A stretch of 64,000 nt of DNA from Octopus bimaculoides (lineage: Eukaryota), in assembly GCF_001194135.2 (NCBI RefSeq), contig NC_069007.1:3688806-3752805 (forward strand), in the 5' to 3' direction. The notes beneath the pieces were generated by a model. That model was not told the DNA's origin and did not search any database. It saw nothing but the letters and a program-made list of their open reading frames with translations. Below, one piece after another: positions 41,057 through 54,142 of the stretch. The position numbers and the translations under genes were made by a program. The first letter of the stretch is position 1, and each line of letters starts with the position of its first letter.

Positions 41057-42060
41057 TTAATAAAGGTTATGATGAAATGATAGACAGTGAAAGTAGATAA
41101 CAAATTAAATTTTTTGAAGAAAACATATAACAAAACCCTTCTGAAGGGACTTAGTAAAGTAACTGCTTTTATTATTAGGTATTTAGAATAGAATATAAAA
41201 TATAATCAAAAGTGTTAAGTGCCTAATTATGAAGAAAGGTTTAAACTTTAATATGGACATTTTGTCACAGGAGTAGAAGTAGTCCAATGGAGGGGGGGGG
41301 TCATATAAAAATTTTTTAGAGAAATAACAAAGAAAGTATTAATTGCTAAAGATTATAGGAAATGTCAGATTAGACTTTGAACATGAAAAATTGAAGATTT
41401 CAAGTAAACAGTTGAAACATAATTTTAAAAGATAACCCAACAATTTGAGAGGATTAAGGGTGACAGGATTTGTCAAGGTCAGTTATGGTAGAAAAAACTA
41501 TTAGTGGCACCTGGGGCAGAAAAGTTAAGGCTGCAGAGTTAAAGTATAGAAAGCAACTTTGAAAGCAAACGTTTCAAGTATTTTTTGGTTGAAAGCCTAA
41601 TTTTTGGATTACATGTCTAAATATCTGAGAAGAGTGTTAATAAAATTCATTAAGGATTATGAGATAATTTCAAGGTCTAAGAGTCCACAGATACTAAATT
41701 GATATAATAGATCAAGGTCTAAAGTGCTGACAGATTCTTTCAATGAAATAATGGGGAAGTCAAGTTGGTGTTTTAAACTCTTTAAACTTCCTAAGTTATT
41801 ATTGTTGGCCACTGCTACCATGCTGAGACACCAGACTTACATCTCATGTTCTACAACATAATAAGAGTACAAAGACCATTTCATCAGAGGCAGACAACAT
41901 GGAACTGAGAGCCTACCAAAGCTACTGTTTGCTAAAAATTCCAAGTGTGATGTAGTGAAACAGATCTTGGTTGCAGTCACTTGGAGAAGAAGGGGAAAAG
42001 AAGCAGAGGAGTGGGTAGTGAAGGATGAGCAAGAGGAGGAGGGAGCAGAGGAGGAAGTGG

Positions 42061-42231
42061 AGGGTGGAGAGAGAAGTGGAGGGTGGAGAGAGAAGTGGAG
42101 GGTGGAGAGAGAAGTGGAGGGTGGAGAGAGAAGTGGAGGGTGGAGAGAGAAGTGGAGGGTGGAGAGAGAAGTGGAGGGTGGAGAGAGAAGTGGAGGGTGG
42201 AGAGAGAAGTGGAGGGTGGAGAGAGAAGTGG
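42061..42231. repeat. 19-bp minisatellite (AGGGTGGAGAGAGAAGTGG) x9
   Basis: Nine identical head-to-tail units counted, with partial units on both flanks and no spacers. Confidence 0.95.
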
Positions 42232-42742
42232 AGGGAGAGGGAGGGTAGCACAAAACCTGAGAAAGTGTTAGTTTGCAACATCTATTTCCTTTCAACGAAC
42301 AACTGAAACACAGGTGAAGTGAAATAGGTGCAACTGGGAATTTGGATAAATCTCCATGTCGTAATTACAATTGTAATTTTAAATATTCACATCTGTTTTA
42401 TAAGTATGAAAAAAATGCTCTGAAGATGAGGTTAATAGACTCAATAGACTTAATAGACTCAAGATATTTCAATATGAAATCCCTATTCATCATCATCATC
42501 GTCATCTGTGTTCCACGCTGACATGGGTTGGACAGTTTGACAAAGATCAGAAGTGTGCAAGGACAGCATTTCACGCTCCACTGCCTGCTTTGATATGGTT
42601 TCTACAGTTGGATGCTCTTCTTAACACCAACCACTGTACAGTGGGCAATGGAGGCTTTTTCCATTCCACCGGCACCATTGAGGCTGCCATGCAATTTACA
42701 GAACTGCAAACACTGAAGAGGAGTATCATCTTCATGCTAAGG

Positions 42743-42975
42743 CAGAGGTTTTCAAACTGTGGTCCGCGGACCACAGGGGGTCTGCAAGGACAAGACAGGG
42801 GGTCCGTAGACAGCAAATACTTTTTATGGGCAATTTGATTTTATATATGTTTTTTAATCGAAATCTTTTCATTGACAATAAACCTATTTGTTAAATACTG
42901 TTAAATACATAAATGCAAAAATATATGTTATTTTAAGCAAATATTTATGTATAAATTTCATAAGTGTTTATAAGG
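42743..42975. mobile_element. hAT/Charlie-like element end running into an N-gap
   Basis: Starts CAGAGGTTTTCAAACTGTGGTCCGCGGACCACAGGGGGTC, typical of Charlie-type termini. The other end is not visible. Confidence 0.65.
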
Positions 42976-43922
42976 NNNNNNNNNNNNNNNNNNNNNNNNN
43001 NNNNNNNNNNNNNNNNNNNNNNNNNNNNNNNNNNNNNNNNNNNNNNNNNNNNNNNNNNNNNNNNNNNNNNNNNNNNNNNNNNNNNNNNNNNNNNNNNNNN
43101 NNNNNNNNNNNNNNNNNNNNNNNNNNNNNNNNNNNNNNNNNNNNNNNNNNNNNNNNNNNNNNNNNNNNNNNNNNNNNNNNNNNNNNNNNNNNNNNNNNNN
43201 NNNNNNNNNNNNNNNNNNNNNNNNNNNNNNNNNNNNNNNNNNNNNNNNNNNNNNNNNNNNNNNNNNNNNNNNNNNNNNNNNNNNNNNNNNNNNNNNNNNN
43301 NNNNNNNNNNNNNNNNNNNNNNNNNNNNNNNNNNNNNNNNNNCAGCTCTGTAAATAAACATCTTTCCATTAGTTCAACTTTCCAAAATCAAGAAAGAAAA
43401 TTAGTCATCCGAAAGTAATTTATACACTTAATATTGATTTTTAAATTAATACAGAGCAGTAATTTGCAGGGAAGGGAGTAAGAGTCGTTTGAATTCAAAG
43501 CCACATATGACAGTACTTATATTTTGTTCTTTCCCAGAGGAATGAAAGGCAGGATGTAATTAATTCAAAATGATGCCCATTTTTTCACTTCTCACCAATT
43601 CTTATATCATTAATGAAAATAAAAATACATTAAAAAAAAACAAAAAAAACAAGACATTCCTTGAAAATCTTCCCTGAAACCTTATCAATATTATTATATA
43701 AAAGGACCACATTTTATAAAAGAGGGGAAAATAGACCAAGTGACACTCATATCCCTCTAAAGAGCATTAGCACCTCAAGTGAAGTTAATTGGCTTCAAAC
43801 AGGGAAGCAATCACATGGAGGTGGTGGAGCAGGAGAAGGGGAAGGTAGCTTACCTCTCACTTTACAGCTGCTCATCACAATGTTTTGAATGTGTGTGTGT
43901 GTGTGTGCATGCATGTATATAT

Positions 43923-43955
<33 letters not shown>

Positions 43956-45364
43956 CATATATATATACACAGCACACTTTATATCCTTCATGTGTCATAT
44001 AATACCTACCATCATCATCATCATCATCATCATCACTACCAAGGTCACAGTAGAATTTACATTGCAAATTCCAGTCAGACATTCTTCTGCTCAGCTAAGA
44101 ATATTCTATTACACACACACACACGCACACACACACACACACACACGCACACACGTATACACTGGCTCACACAGCAACTGCTGCTGCTGCTGCTGTTATT
44201 ATTGTTGTAATTAATATTTTCTTCCATAGCTTTATTTTCAGGTTTTGGATTTCTTTCCTAATNNNNNNNNNNNNNNNNNNNNNNNNNNNNNNNNNNNNNN
44301 NNNNNNNNNNNNNNNNNNNNNNNNNNNNNNNNNNNNNNNNNNNNNNNNNNNNNNNNNNNNNNNNNNNNNNNNNNNNNNNNNNNNNNNNNNNNNNNNNNNN
44401 NNNNNNNNNNNNNNNNNNNNNNNNNNNNNNNNNNNNNNNNNNNNNNNNNNNNNNNNNNNNNNNNNNNNNNNNNNNNNNNNNNNNNNNNNNNNNNNNNNNN
44501 NNNNNNNNNNNNNNNNNNNNNNNNNNNNNNNNNNNNNNNNNNNNNNNNNNNNNNNNNNNNNNNNNNNNNNNNNNNNNNNNNNNNNNNNNNNNNNNNNNNN
44601 NNNNNNNNNNNNNNNNNNNNNNNNNNNNNNNNNNNNNNNNNNNNNNNNNNNNNNNNNNNNNNNNNNNNNNNNNNNNNNNNNNNNNNNNNNNNNNNNNNNN
44701 NNNNNNNNNNNNNNNNNNNNNNNNNNNNNNNNNNNNNNNNNNNNNNNNNNNNNNNNNNNNNNNNNNNNNNNNNNNNNNNNNNNNNNNNNNNNNNNNNNNN
44801 NNNNNNNNNNNNNNNNNNNNNNNNNNNNNNNNNNNNNNNNNNNNNNNNNNNNNNNNNNNNNNNNNNNNNNNNNNNNNNNNNNNNNNNNNNNNNNNNNNNN
44901 NNNNNNNNNNNNNNNNNNNNNNNNNNNNNNNNNNNNNNNNNNNNNNNNNNNNNNNNNNNNNNNNNNNNNNNNNNNATAGAAAATAGACAAGCCACAAAGG
45001 AATTCCATGTGGTCATTCGGCCAGCTAGAAATAATAACCAAATCTTCATTATATCACATACTCTATCTTAAAAAAAGGGGTACATTAAATAATGTGTGAG
45101 ATTTACTATGTTTGAAGGTGGGGGGAGAGGGAGAAGGTCATTGCTAGAATGCTTTGGTCATTACCCTCCTGAATCAGAGCTAAAAAAGCACGTTGTTGTT
45201 ATCTATATAAACCAGGTTCCCATCAGCTAAAAACCTAACAGTTGTAGATTCTTATTTCTTATTGATCTCCAAGAAAGTTACAAAAAAAAAAAAATGCAAA
45301 ATTAAAAGGAATTTGTTTCTCTTTTTTATAATTAATTTTCAATATAAAAGTTGTGATATGTTTC

Positions 45365-45695
45365 ATCTTTTATCTTTTGCTTGTTTCACTCACAAGGGCT
45401 GTGGCCATGCTAGCGTACCACCTCAAAGGGTTTAGTTGAACAAATCAACCCCGGCACTCTTTTGCCAAACTGCAAGTTACAGGGATGTAAACAAACCAAC
45501 ACTGGTTGTCAGTGATGGGGGGGGGCACACCCACACCCACACCGGCTTCCATGTAGTTTCTGTCTACAAAATTCATTCACAAGACATTGGTCAACTCAGG
45601 CCTATAGTAGAAGACACTTGCCCATGGTGCCATGCAGTAGGACTGAACCCAAAACCACATGGTTGCAAAGTGAGCTTCTTAACTGCACCTGCGTA
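45365..45695 (-). mobile_element. SINE family B
   Basis: gtggccatgct...gtttctgtctacaaaattcattcacaag...gaagacacttgccca...ggactgaaccc. Confidence 0.8.
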
Positions 45696-46889
45696 ACCAT
45701 GCCCCTGTCTACAGTCCTATTGTTTAATAAGGATTTCTTTTCACAAGGCACAAAGGCCTTTATATGGCAAGCTGTTCCATTTGTGCTTTTGCTAAACCGT
45801 TGAAATTTAATCTAAATTATATTGTGGTCTCTGCAGGAGTTTAGTTCTTGCCCTCATATACTTATTACTATGAGCTAATAACTTGAAGCAGGTCAAATAA
45901 CTGCATAAAGGCTCTCTCTCAATTTCCTTTTTGATTTGAAACCATATTTGATAAACTAAGTTGTAATTTTATACACTAAGTTATGGCACTAATATAAAAC
46001 GAATAAATAGAGAGCTAATGAGACAATATTAGAAAACGCTTTTGCAATTATCAGGGGCATAAGCATCTGGTATGTATTTTCAAGTGACACAAGTTCACTC
46101 CTTATACTTTTTTTTTTTTTGGAAAAAAAATGTATGAACATCTTCTATTCATTCCAGCAAAATATAAAACTTTTGGGCCTAGTAAAAACCAAAAACAACA
46201 AAACAATATAAGCAATCTATTCATCATGCTTAAATAGCATAGAAGAATATTCATGCAGCAATTATATTAATTAATGAAAACAAAAAACATGCACTTCTAC
46301 CAAGTGCAAAACAATACTCAGAGACAGAAGCATCAGTCGAAGATATTTTACACCTGTTCAGTCTTAATTGACACGTTTCAAGGCTGAGACGGGAGGGGGA
46401 ACAATAAAGGGTCCGTTAGTGCAGGGCGAGAAAGATAATGTTGGGAAGATGATGAAATAAACATCAGAGATGCTTCACCCCAGGTGAACTCACAGGTATT
46501 GCAAGCCCTTTTTCTAACTCCACTGCAATGTCAGAAACCTTTCTTGCAAGCGTTTCACCCCTTAGCTTTTATGCTTCACCTGAGTGGGGCAGCAAGGACT
46601 TTGTCTTCTCCCCTTTCTGCTTAATGGCGGCACCAACACAAGATTGTTTCCCTAAATGGGATTAAGCAAATATGGGTAGGATAGAAGTGGACATGGGTTG
46701 TAAAGACTTGTTTACCCCTACAAATTAGATGTGATCAAGTAGACTAATTACCCCCAAAAAAGCACACCAGCTAAGGCTATCTTTCTTTTTGTCTAGCTAG
46801 CAACAGTGTCTATAGGGGTCATTCTGTGATGTCATCTGTCCAAAGCGATGTAATCATCTGCAAAATGAACAGTTATTGCAATTCTGTTT

Positions 46890-47200
46890 AAAGCACCTTG
46901 GGCATGCGTTTTCTGCTATAGCCCGAGGCCAACCAATGCCTTGTGAGTGACTTTGGTAAATGGAAACTGTGTAGAAGCCCATGGTATGTGCATGTCTTTG
47001 TGCCTGTCTTCTCACCACCACCACTTGACAACTAGTGTCGGCTTGTTTCTGTCCATGTAACCTAACAGTTCGACAAAAGAGACTGATAGAACAAATACCA
47101 GACTTAAAGTAATGGGGTCAACCTGTTTGACTAAAACCTTTCAAGATGGTGCCCCAGCATGGCCACAGTCTAATGACTGAAACAAGTAGACGACAAAATA
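46890..47200 (+). mobile_element. SINE family B, 5'-truncated
   Basis: gcaccttgggca...ccttgtgagtgactttggtaaatggaaac...gtgccccagcatggccacagtctaatgactgaaacaag. Confidence 0.8.
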
Positions 47201-47241
47201 TTCAAGAGAAGGGTCCTTCTAAATTCAGTGTAGCTCTTTAA

Positions 47242-47437
47242 CCCTTTAGCATTTAAACTGGCCATATCCGGCCCCCAAGTACTTTACGCATTTTATGTTC
47301 AGACCAGCCACATCTGGCCTTTCACATCTACCCAACAATGTCATTCTAAAAATAAACAATCACATCATCAGAATCTTGAAGCCATGAGATAATGTGTGAT
47401 TAATTTCATATGACAGATTAATTTGTATGCTAAAGGG
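47242..47437. mobile_element. piggyBac-type MITE, family P1 (196 bp)
   Basis: TTAA|CCCTTTAGCAT ... ATGCTAAAGGG|TTAA: perfect 11-bp TIRs with TTAA on both sides. Confidence 0.9.
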
Positions 47438-47649
47438 TTAATAATAAAAAAAAAGTTGACGGTAGGAATAGAGTGTGCAACAAATGTTGATAATAGAAAG
47501 GAAAAAAAGAAACCAACTCCCAATAGATATTCTACTGAAAATATATTTGAGGAGACATTCTGCCAGAATGCATTAATTACATAAACGGGGATTCTTTATA
47601 ACTTTCCATGATAGAAATAATAAATTTTAACATATGATAACCCTTTTCT

Positions 47650-47918
47650 CTTACTTATCTCAGTCACTGGACTGAGGCCATGCTGGGGCACCACCATTTT
47701 GAATGGTTTTGGTCTATAAAAATTGACCCCAGCACTTATATTTTGAACTTGGTATTTGTCCTGTGGATTTCTTTTGCCTAACAGCTATGTTATGGGAACA
47801 CAAACCAAAGGCAGACTTCTAGTTTCCATGTACCAAATTCACTTACAGTGCAGTGGGACTGAACTCAGAACTGTGTGGCTGCAAAGTGAGCTTCTCAACC
47901 ACACAGCCATGCCTGCAC
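47650..47918 (-). mobile_element. SINE family B, internally deleted
   Basis: cagtcactggactgaggccatgctggggcacc...gtgggactgaactc...caaccacacagccatgcctgcacc. Confidence 0.78.
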
Positions 47919-49148
47919 CATAACTTAAATTTTGCCTCATGTGCAAAATAATTTTCTCAGCTAAATGATAATTTTATGAAATTTTATGAACAAAATTTTA
48001 ATAACTTCATATCTTAATGAATTAACCAATAGAGCATTTTGAGACTAAATGTCATAGTTTTATACAAAAAAAACTTTCACATTGTGCTCAGAAACCTATA
48101 ATCACTTTGAATAAAATAAATAGTAAGTATGGAGGCTTCTATATAGATGCACAACCTGACAGAAATAGCAGTTAAATATCCTTTCAAATCATACCCTGTC
48201 TTCAAGAGAAAAAAAACAAAAAAAAAAAACGATATTATATATTGTAGACCTAGATTATATAAATGGGATGGTCACATCTAGAATGACTGAAATCCACCCT
48301 CATCACAGTTCTAATCAATCAGTGCCAATCTGAGACCAGAAGTTGTAGTTTTGCTTCTATCCAGCTTCTATTCTTTATCATTTCAGAACCAAAACTCACA
48401 GGGCAATCTATTTCGGTTCGAAATATAGCAACAGAAAAGGTTGAACAGCTTTTTTTTTTTCTTTTTTTCCAGCTGCTGCTTCTACCACCACCAGCACCAT
48501 CACGACTACTACCACCACTATCATAATCATCATCATAAAATATATTTGATCATTGTAGTGTGAAAAAATACACAAACTTGTCTAATACATTATCAGAACA
48601 CACACACTTCTGCTATTTAATTTTAGAACTGAGTCATTGCAAGCAGGTAGAATATACGCACACAAGCAGCAGTGGAAGATAGGAAGAAATAGTTTAGTGG
48701 GATATCCCATTGATGGCAAAGAAAGCTAATAATTTTAAAGGGTCACCTTTACTAAAATAACAAAAATCTAGGATACTGCTGAACTAGATTAAAAAGTGAA
48801 AAAGAGCAGGAAGAATGAAGAAATATGAGAAATGTAGTGGCAGAAAGAAGGAGAATTACTTTGAACGAGGTATATTTGTAAGTTTAAATTTAGAACAAGA
48901 ATGCAATTTCAGGCCTTGAAAATGGAAGCAGAGATTCCCAAAGGTAATTAGGAAAGATGACGGAGATAATTATTTTGTATTGTAGAGCAGATGATAATGA
49001 ACAAGAAGAGAAAACTAATAATAAAAACAAGAAAACAAGAGTACACAGCAAAAATTAGCAATTTTGCACAAAAGAGAAACATGCAAGTGCTATGCATATT
49101 GATGCTACACCTATTTTTATCACTCTCTCTCTTGCATATACATATATT

Positions 49149-49185
<37 letters not shown>

Positions 49186-49256
49186 CACATATACTCATAA
49201 TCATACATATATACACATACATGCACACATATATTCATATGCATACATAGACATGC

Positions 49257-49287
<31 letters not shown>

Positions 49288-49373
49288 CACACACATGCAT
49301 GTATACATATATATGTAGATATACACACATATATACACATGCATACATATATACACATATGCATGCATATGTG

Positions 49374-49416
<43 letters not shown>

Positions 49417-49418
<2 letters not shown>

Positions 49419-49572
49419 GTGGTTGGCGTTAGGAAGGGCATCCAGCTGTAGAAACTCTGCCAAATTAGATTGGAGCCTGGTGTTGCCATCCGGTTTCACC
49501 AGTCCTCAGTCAAATCGTCCAACCCATGCTAGCATGGAAAGCGGACGTTAAACGATGATGATGATGATGATG
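49417..49572 (+). mobile_element. (GAT)n-tailed retroposon 3' end, family D
   Basis: gttggcgttaggaagggcatccagctgtagaaac...aacccatgctagcatggaaagcggacgttaaac(gat)n. More diverged relatives lie near 5450, 8570-8870, 24210-24320, 31000, 38820-38960, 42485-42630 and 52260-52330. Confidence 0.8.
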
Positions 49573-50379
49573 ATACACACACACATATACACATACAATA
49601 TCAAGTCAATAACCATCAACTGTCAAATTCATTTACCCGTGTCAATCAACAAATATGACTGATTTGGTGAAGGTAAAGATCGAAGCAACAGAAGCGATAA
49701 ATTGTCCTTATGAGTTAACAAAACGATGACACTCAACTGTGCTGTGCTAGCTTCCCATTCATAGGGATCTGAGGTGGCTGAGGAGTGACTAACTCTCAAA
49801 AGCAGGTGGGCCACAAATGTTATTAGTAGCATTAACAGCCAGAGCAGAATTTAGACGAAATGACTTGAAGAAGGAGACCAGTTTCACTTGATGATAAACA
49901 CTGCCAAACATCAGTGTCTGCTGACATGGCAATGGGCAAAATGATGCCATTTAGTGAATATCATACAACAACAGTTTCGGTTTCTTGTGCAGTAGGGAGT
50001 CATAAAGTTCTTCATTGACAAGGGCCAAGATATTTATGCATAACCCCAGAACCTTCGGGTGAGATAGAAAGATAGACGCACAAACAAAGCCTTGTGGGAA
50101 CAGGCAAACCAGCAAACCTATCAAAATCCACGTCAAGAGGATGAAATGGGGTTGGCTGTGACACACACCTTATGGAAATCAAGTTAGTAACATTTCAAGG
50201 TGAGCCCTCCAATAGACACAAACATGGCAGAACAAAATCAATATGGTGAAGGTCGACTGATACTGAAGCACTGGCAGGCAGCTACACCTAAGGACAACTG
50301 CAATCCATTGCCAAAGATCAGGACAAGTCTCTTGGTGGTGCCCCTATGCAATGGTTCCTTGTCCTCATCGTCCTTGTCA

Positions 50380-51200
50380 CTAATCTCTGCTGTCATGTAA
50401 GAACTTTATTCTTTTTTCTTTTAGCAATTTGTATCGAAGATCACTCTCTATCTCTTCTAGCCAGCTTCTGACACAATCTTCTGTAATATCATGAAAATCC
50501 CTTTCTTTTGAACCTTTAAAAATCATACTCTCCCACCAATCGAAGCCCTGTCTAGAATGACAGTCTTTAGTGCCTTTCATCAAAAGTCACTCAAATCAAT
50601 ATTACTGTTACTGGAGAATGTAGTTTTTCGCTGTTACTCAGAGTTCTTTGCTTTTGTGCTTCTTCCCTGAGATTGTCTTTTTCTAGGACCAACAACTTCA
50701 TCCAAATACCTCTACTGGTATATTTTCTTCCCTGCTAAAATGACACCCCTATATGGATTGTGAAAGTCATTAATATTGGATTGGCAAACACAGGCACTTT
50801 TTCTATTTTGCCATCATCACTGACAAGCTGACAATCACGTAAGATAATTAGATGCATTGTCCAAAATTAGTAACACCTTCACCTCATCAGCACAAAGTTA
50901 GGACATCTTCCTTGTATTAATGCAAGAAAATCCAGTCAATAAAAATATACAAGTTGAAATACAATTTTTGGGAATAGTTACTAATAATACACTGGTAGCT
51001 TAGTGCTGGCCTGTCCATTACTACAAACTTCAAGACATTATTCATACCATCTGCATTCACACAACAACCTCTTGTACATATCCTTGCACCAGTCAAGGTG
51101 GATTTAGACCAAACAAAGAGCTGTGCGTTTGTCTAACGAGATACTCTCCACAAACCCTGGCCACCAAAACACCAGCTCTCTAATTTCCTTAAAAGTTCCA
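50380..51200 (-). mobile_element. Degenerate pogo/Tigger (DDE_1, Jerky/TIGD-like) transposase relic
   Basis: Minus-strand fragments read KVLLILDNAS (about 50850-50880), LVSDDGKI..CLCLP and GVILAGKKIYQ*RYLDEVV (about 50693-50748), with many stops and frameshifts. Boundaries are approximate. Confidence 0.8.
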
Positions 51201-51969
51201 GTTTCTCGTTTACAGAGTTACACACTTCTTTATATCTTTTTTTCTCTCTATTGAAGCCATGATATAAAACACAAGCCTGAAACATGACTAATCAGTGAAA
51301 AATTGCAGGTTAACAGTATTGTGTTGTGCATATGGTGGTTATTGTCAGTGTGCACCAAGCTACTATGCTAAACCTACCACTTAGGCATAAGTATTATTCA
51401 AAAATAAACGCAAACGATTTAGCTTATGTCAACTTGCTTCTAATCCTTACTTCTTTGGGTGTTTTATTAGATTTGAAAACAAAATTACAACCCAATTATA
51501 TCCTAATACTGCTAGAACTGAATTATTGCAAAGAAAATCAGTTTCAGTTAGTAAATTTTCGACAATTTATGCATACCACTTCTTATCATGACAAAATGGT
51601 GTTTATTGTAGGAGAATATGAAAATGAATGAGGAAAATGCTAATAAAAACACAGGGAGAGGAGTGGGGAGGCGAAGAAATATGAAGATAGGCAAATTAAT
51701 AGAGGCTAGTTAGTTAAGGTGGAATACAGAATGCTAGAAACTCTGGGTATATTTTTTAAAAGAGGTGGGTAAAAATGAATAATAAACAGAATGTTTACTG
51801 ATAAAATGTCATTTGTCTTCAATCCTTGCTTTTATCTCTTCATTATTTACCAAATAGATTTCATGATACAGCTAGCTGTAAGGTATGCAGTGCCATCTCA
51901 GAACTGCACAAAATTCCATAATACAGAAGAGAAAACTAAATTCCCCATTATATATAATATATAAAAAAA

Positions 51970-52110
51970 ACGGTATGGCTTTCATCCCAACCATGTGGTC
52001 TCAAGTTCAGTCCCACCATGTGGTACCTTGGGCAAGTGTCTACTATAGTCCCAGGCAGACCAATACCTCATGAATGGATTTGGTAGACAGAAATCGAAAA
52101 AGCCCATCAT
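51970..52110 (+). mobile_element. SINE family B, 5' part
   Basis: cccaaccatgtgg...gttcagtccca...ccttgggcaagtgtctactatag...ggatttggtagacagaaa. Confidence 0.8.
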
Positions 52111-53754
52111 GTGGCGGGGAGAGAGTACACTTGTCTCAACATCATGTGATGGCCATAAACAAGCGTCACCATCACACAAGTTATGTTGTTTGTTTACAGA
52201 GTTCCATGAAAACCATGTCTGGCCATGGAGGAAATACTACTTTGCTTGAAAACAGGTGAGGGTGACAGGAAGGGCATCCAGCTGTAGAAAACCGGCTTCA
52301 ACAAATTCCATCTGACCCATGCAACCACGCATGTGTGTGTGTGTGTAAGTGTATGTGTGTATATATGTGCATACACATACAAGCAGACACTAATTATGAA
52401 TCCAGGTAGAAGACAAAAATATAATAAGCAGAGCACTAAAAAGGGACCAGAGAGATTGTAGCAGCATGAGTGTTTAGTCTTTGAAACCAAGTCAGGTTTT
52501 ATACATTGGTGCATAATCCCTATTAGTACTTGAAGCTGAGAGAGAGAGCTTTTGATAATGAGGGAGATATTTTTGTCTGCCTATCAACGGTTACAACAGT
52601 AAGGTTAAGATATTAATAAAGGTAGAAACTAGATGACAGGTATTAATAGATTGAGAGCTGAAGTAATAACTGCAACAGTTACACAAGATGGAATCCTGTA
52701 CACACAGGCTGTTTGTTTGGTTACATACCAAACATCTAAGGGTGCACCTTTGAGGTCACACAATCTGCTAAAAATAGCAGTGAAATATCCCACAACTCCC
52801 ACCCAGCTGTGTTTGAGTAAAATAGATAGGATGCTCACATTTATAACACGTTTAATGATAGGGTTGCTTGATTTAAGACTCACTGTGGCAGGGGGCGGGG
52901 AGGTTCAACAACAACAAATATATTTTCGTATGTTGAGCGGTTCAGGTATCTAAAACAACATAACTATATAGAGTCACCCTTGTTGGTGTGACATGAAGGA
53001 ATGAAAATTATCTGAAAGTTTAGGGCAGAACCCTGTTACTACTGTTTTATAACTGAACTGAGGTGGGGAGAGGCGCTTCAAGGGGTCAATCTACTTGCTA
53101 GAAATAGCAGCAAAATCTCTGACTATCTTAAAACAAAAATACACTGGATAAAGAGTTGTAGGTAGTTATCGCAGCTGATCTCGGGGGCTAAGCAACAAGG
53201 TTCTTCATTCAAATGATCAGATTAGCTGCCAGGTTTCTTTATGCAGGGCAGGCATAAATGTCACTTTAGCCTGAGTAGCATCCATGTGCAGTTATGACAA
53301 GACAAATGCAAAATTGCATGCATGCACACAAGTGCACACACACACACAAAGCAAAAGCCACCAAGGGAACTACATCAGTGACAAATTTGAAGTATTTTAG
53401 GTTTGGGACAAGACTTGAAAGTTAACGTTCTTTCAAGAACTCTTTTTTTTTAAATTGCTTAATTAAAAAAAAATTTCATTAATACTAATTAATATTAATG
53501 ATTTTTTTTCCTTTTAAATATTTGAAACAAGATTTTGGTTTTGTACATTTTACAACAACCAAGCTGCATGTTTAGTCTATTATACTGACCCCAGTTTCTT
53601 GTTTGGTACTCATTTTATAAGCCCCCATAAAGGGAGTCAAGCAAAGTTAACCTAGGAGTAAAGGGATCTAACAGCAGTATAATAGCATACTAGGTTTATC
53701 CCAAGGCAATGTGTGTGTGTATGCATACATATATAGTATATAGTATATATATAA

Positions 53755-54063
53755 TAAAAGGGGTAAAGACCTCCCCCCGCTCAAACATTAATGACCATGG
53801 GACTACACATAGGAAGTTCCCCTCCAAGGCACAAGTCCAGGCAAGGTTGTTTATGGAAGACCAGCAGTTTCCCATACCACTGATACTATCCGAGGGAAAG
53901 ACAAAGGCTGATGCAGCTTGGCACCAGCAATGTTGCAACTCATTAACTGAAGCAATGTGAAATAAAGTGTCTTGCTCAAGAATACAACACACAACCCAGT
54001 CTGGGAATCAAACTCACAACCTCATGATTGTAAGCTCAACACTGCAACCAATGAGCCATGTGC
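53755..54063 (-). mobile_element. SINE family C
   Basis: Reverse complement of the 7284 element (aaataaagtgtcttgctcaagaatacaacacacaaccc...caaactcacaacctcatga). Confidence 0.85.
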
Positions 54064-54142
54064 TTTTACATATACATATATATATATATATATATATAAT
54101 ATAATAATATTAATATAATAGATACACATACACATGTATACA

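Noticed and set aside
41100-41800. Possible Tx1/L1 reverse transcriptase relic
   Set aside because: Only a vague resemblance (KDYEIISRSK); no YADD-type motif is readable.
41837-42306. CRISPR array or repetitive protein at the 19-bp repeat
   Set aside because: The units are head-to-tail with no spacers, there are no cas genes, the context is eukaryotic, and several frames are open only because the unit lacks stops.
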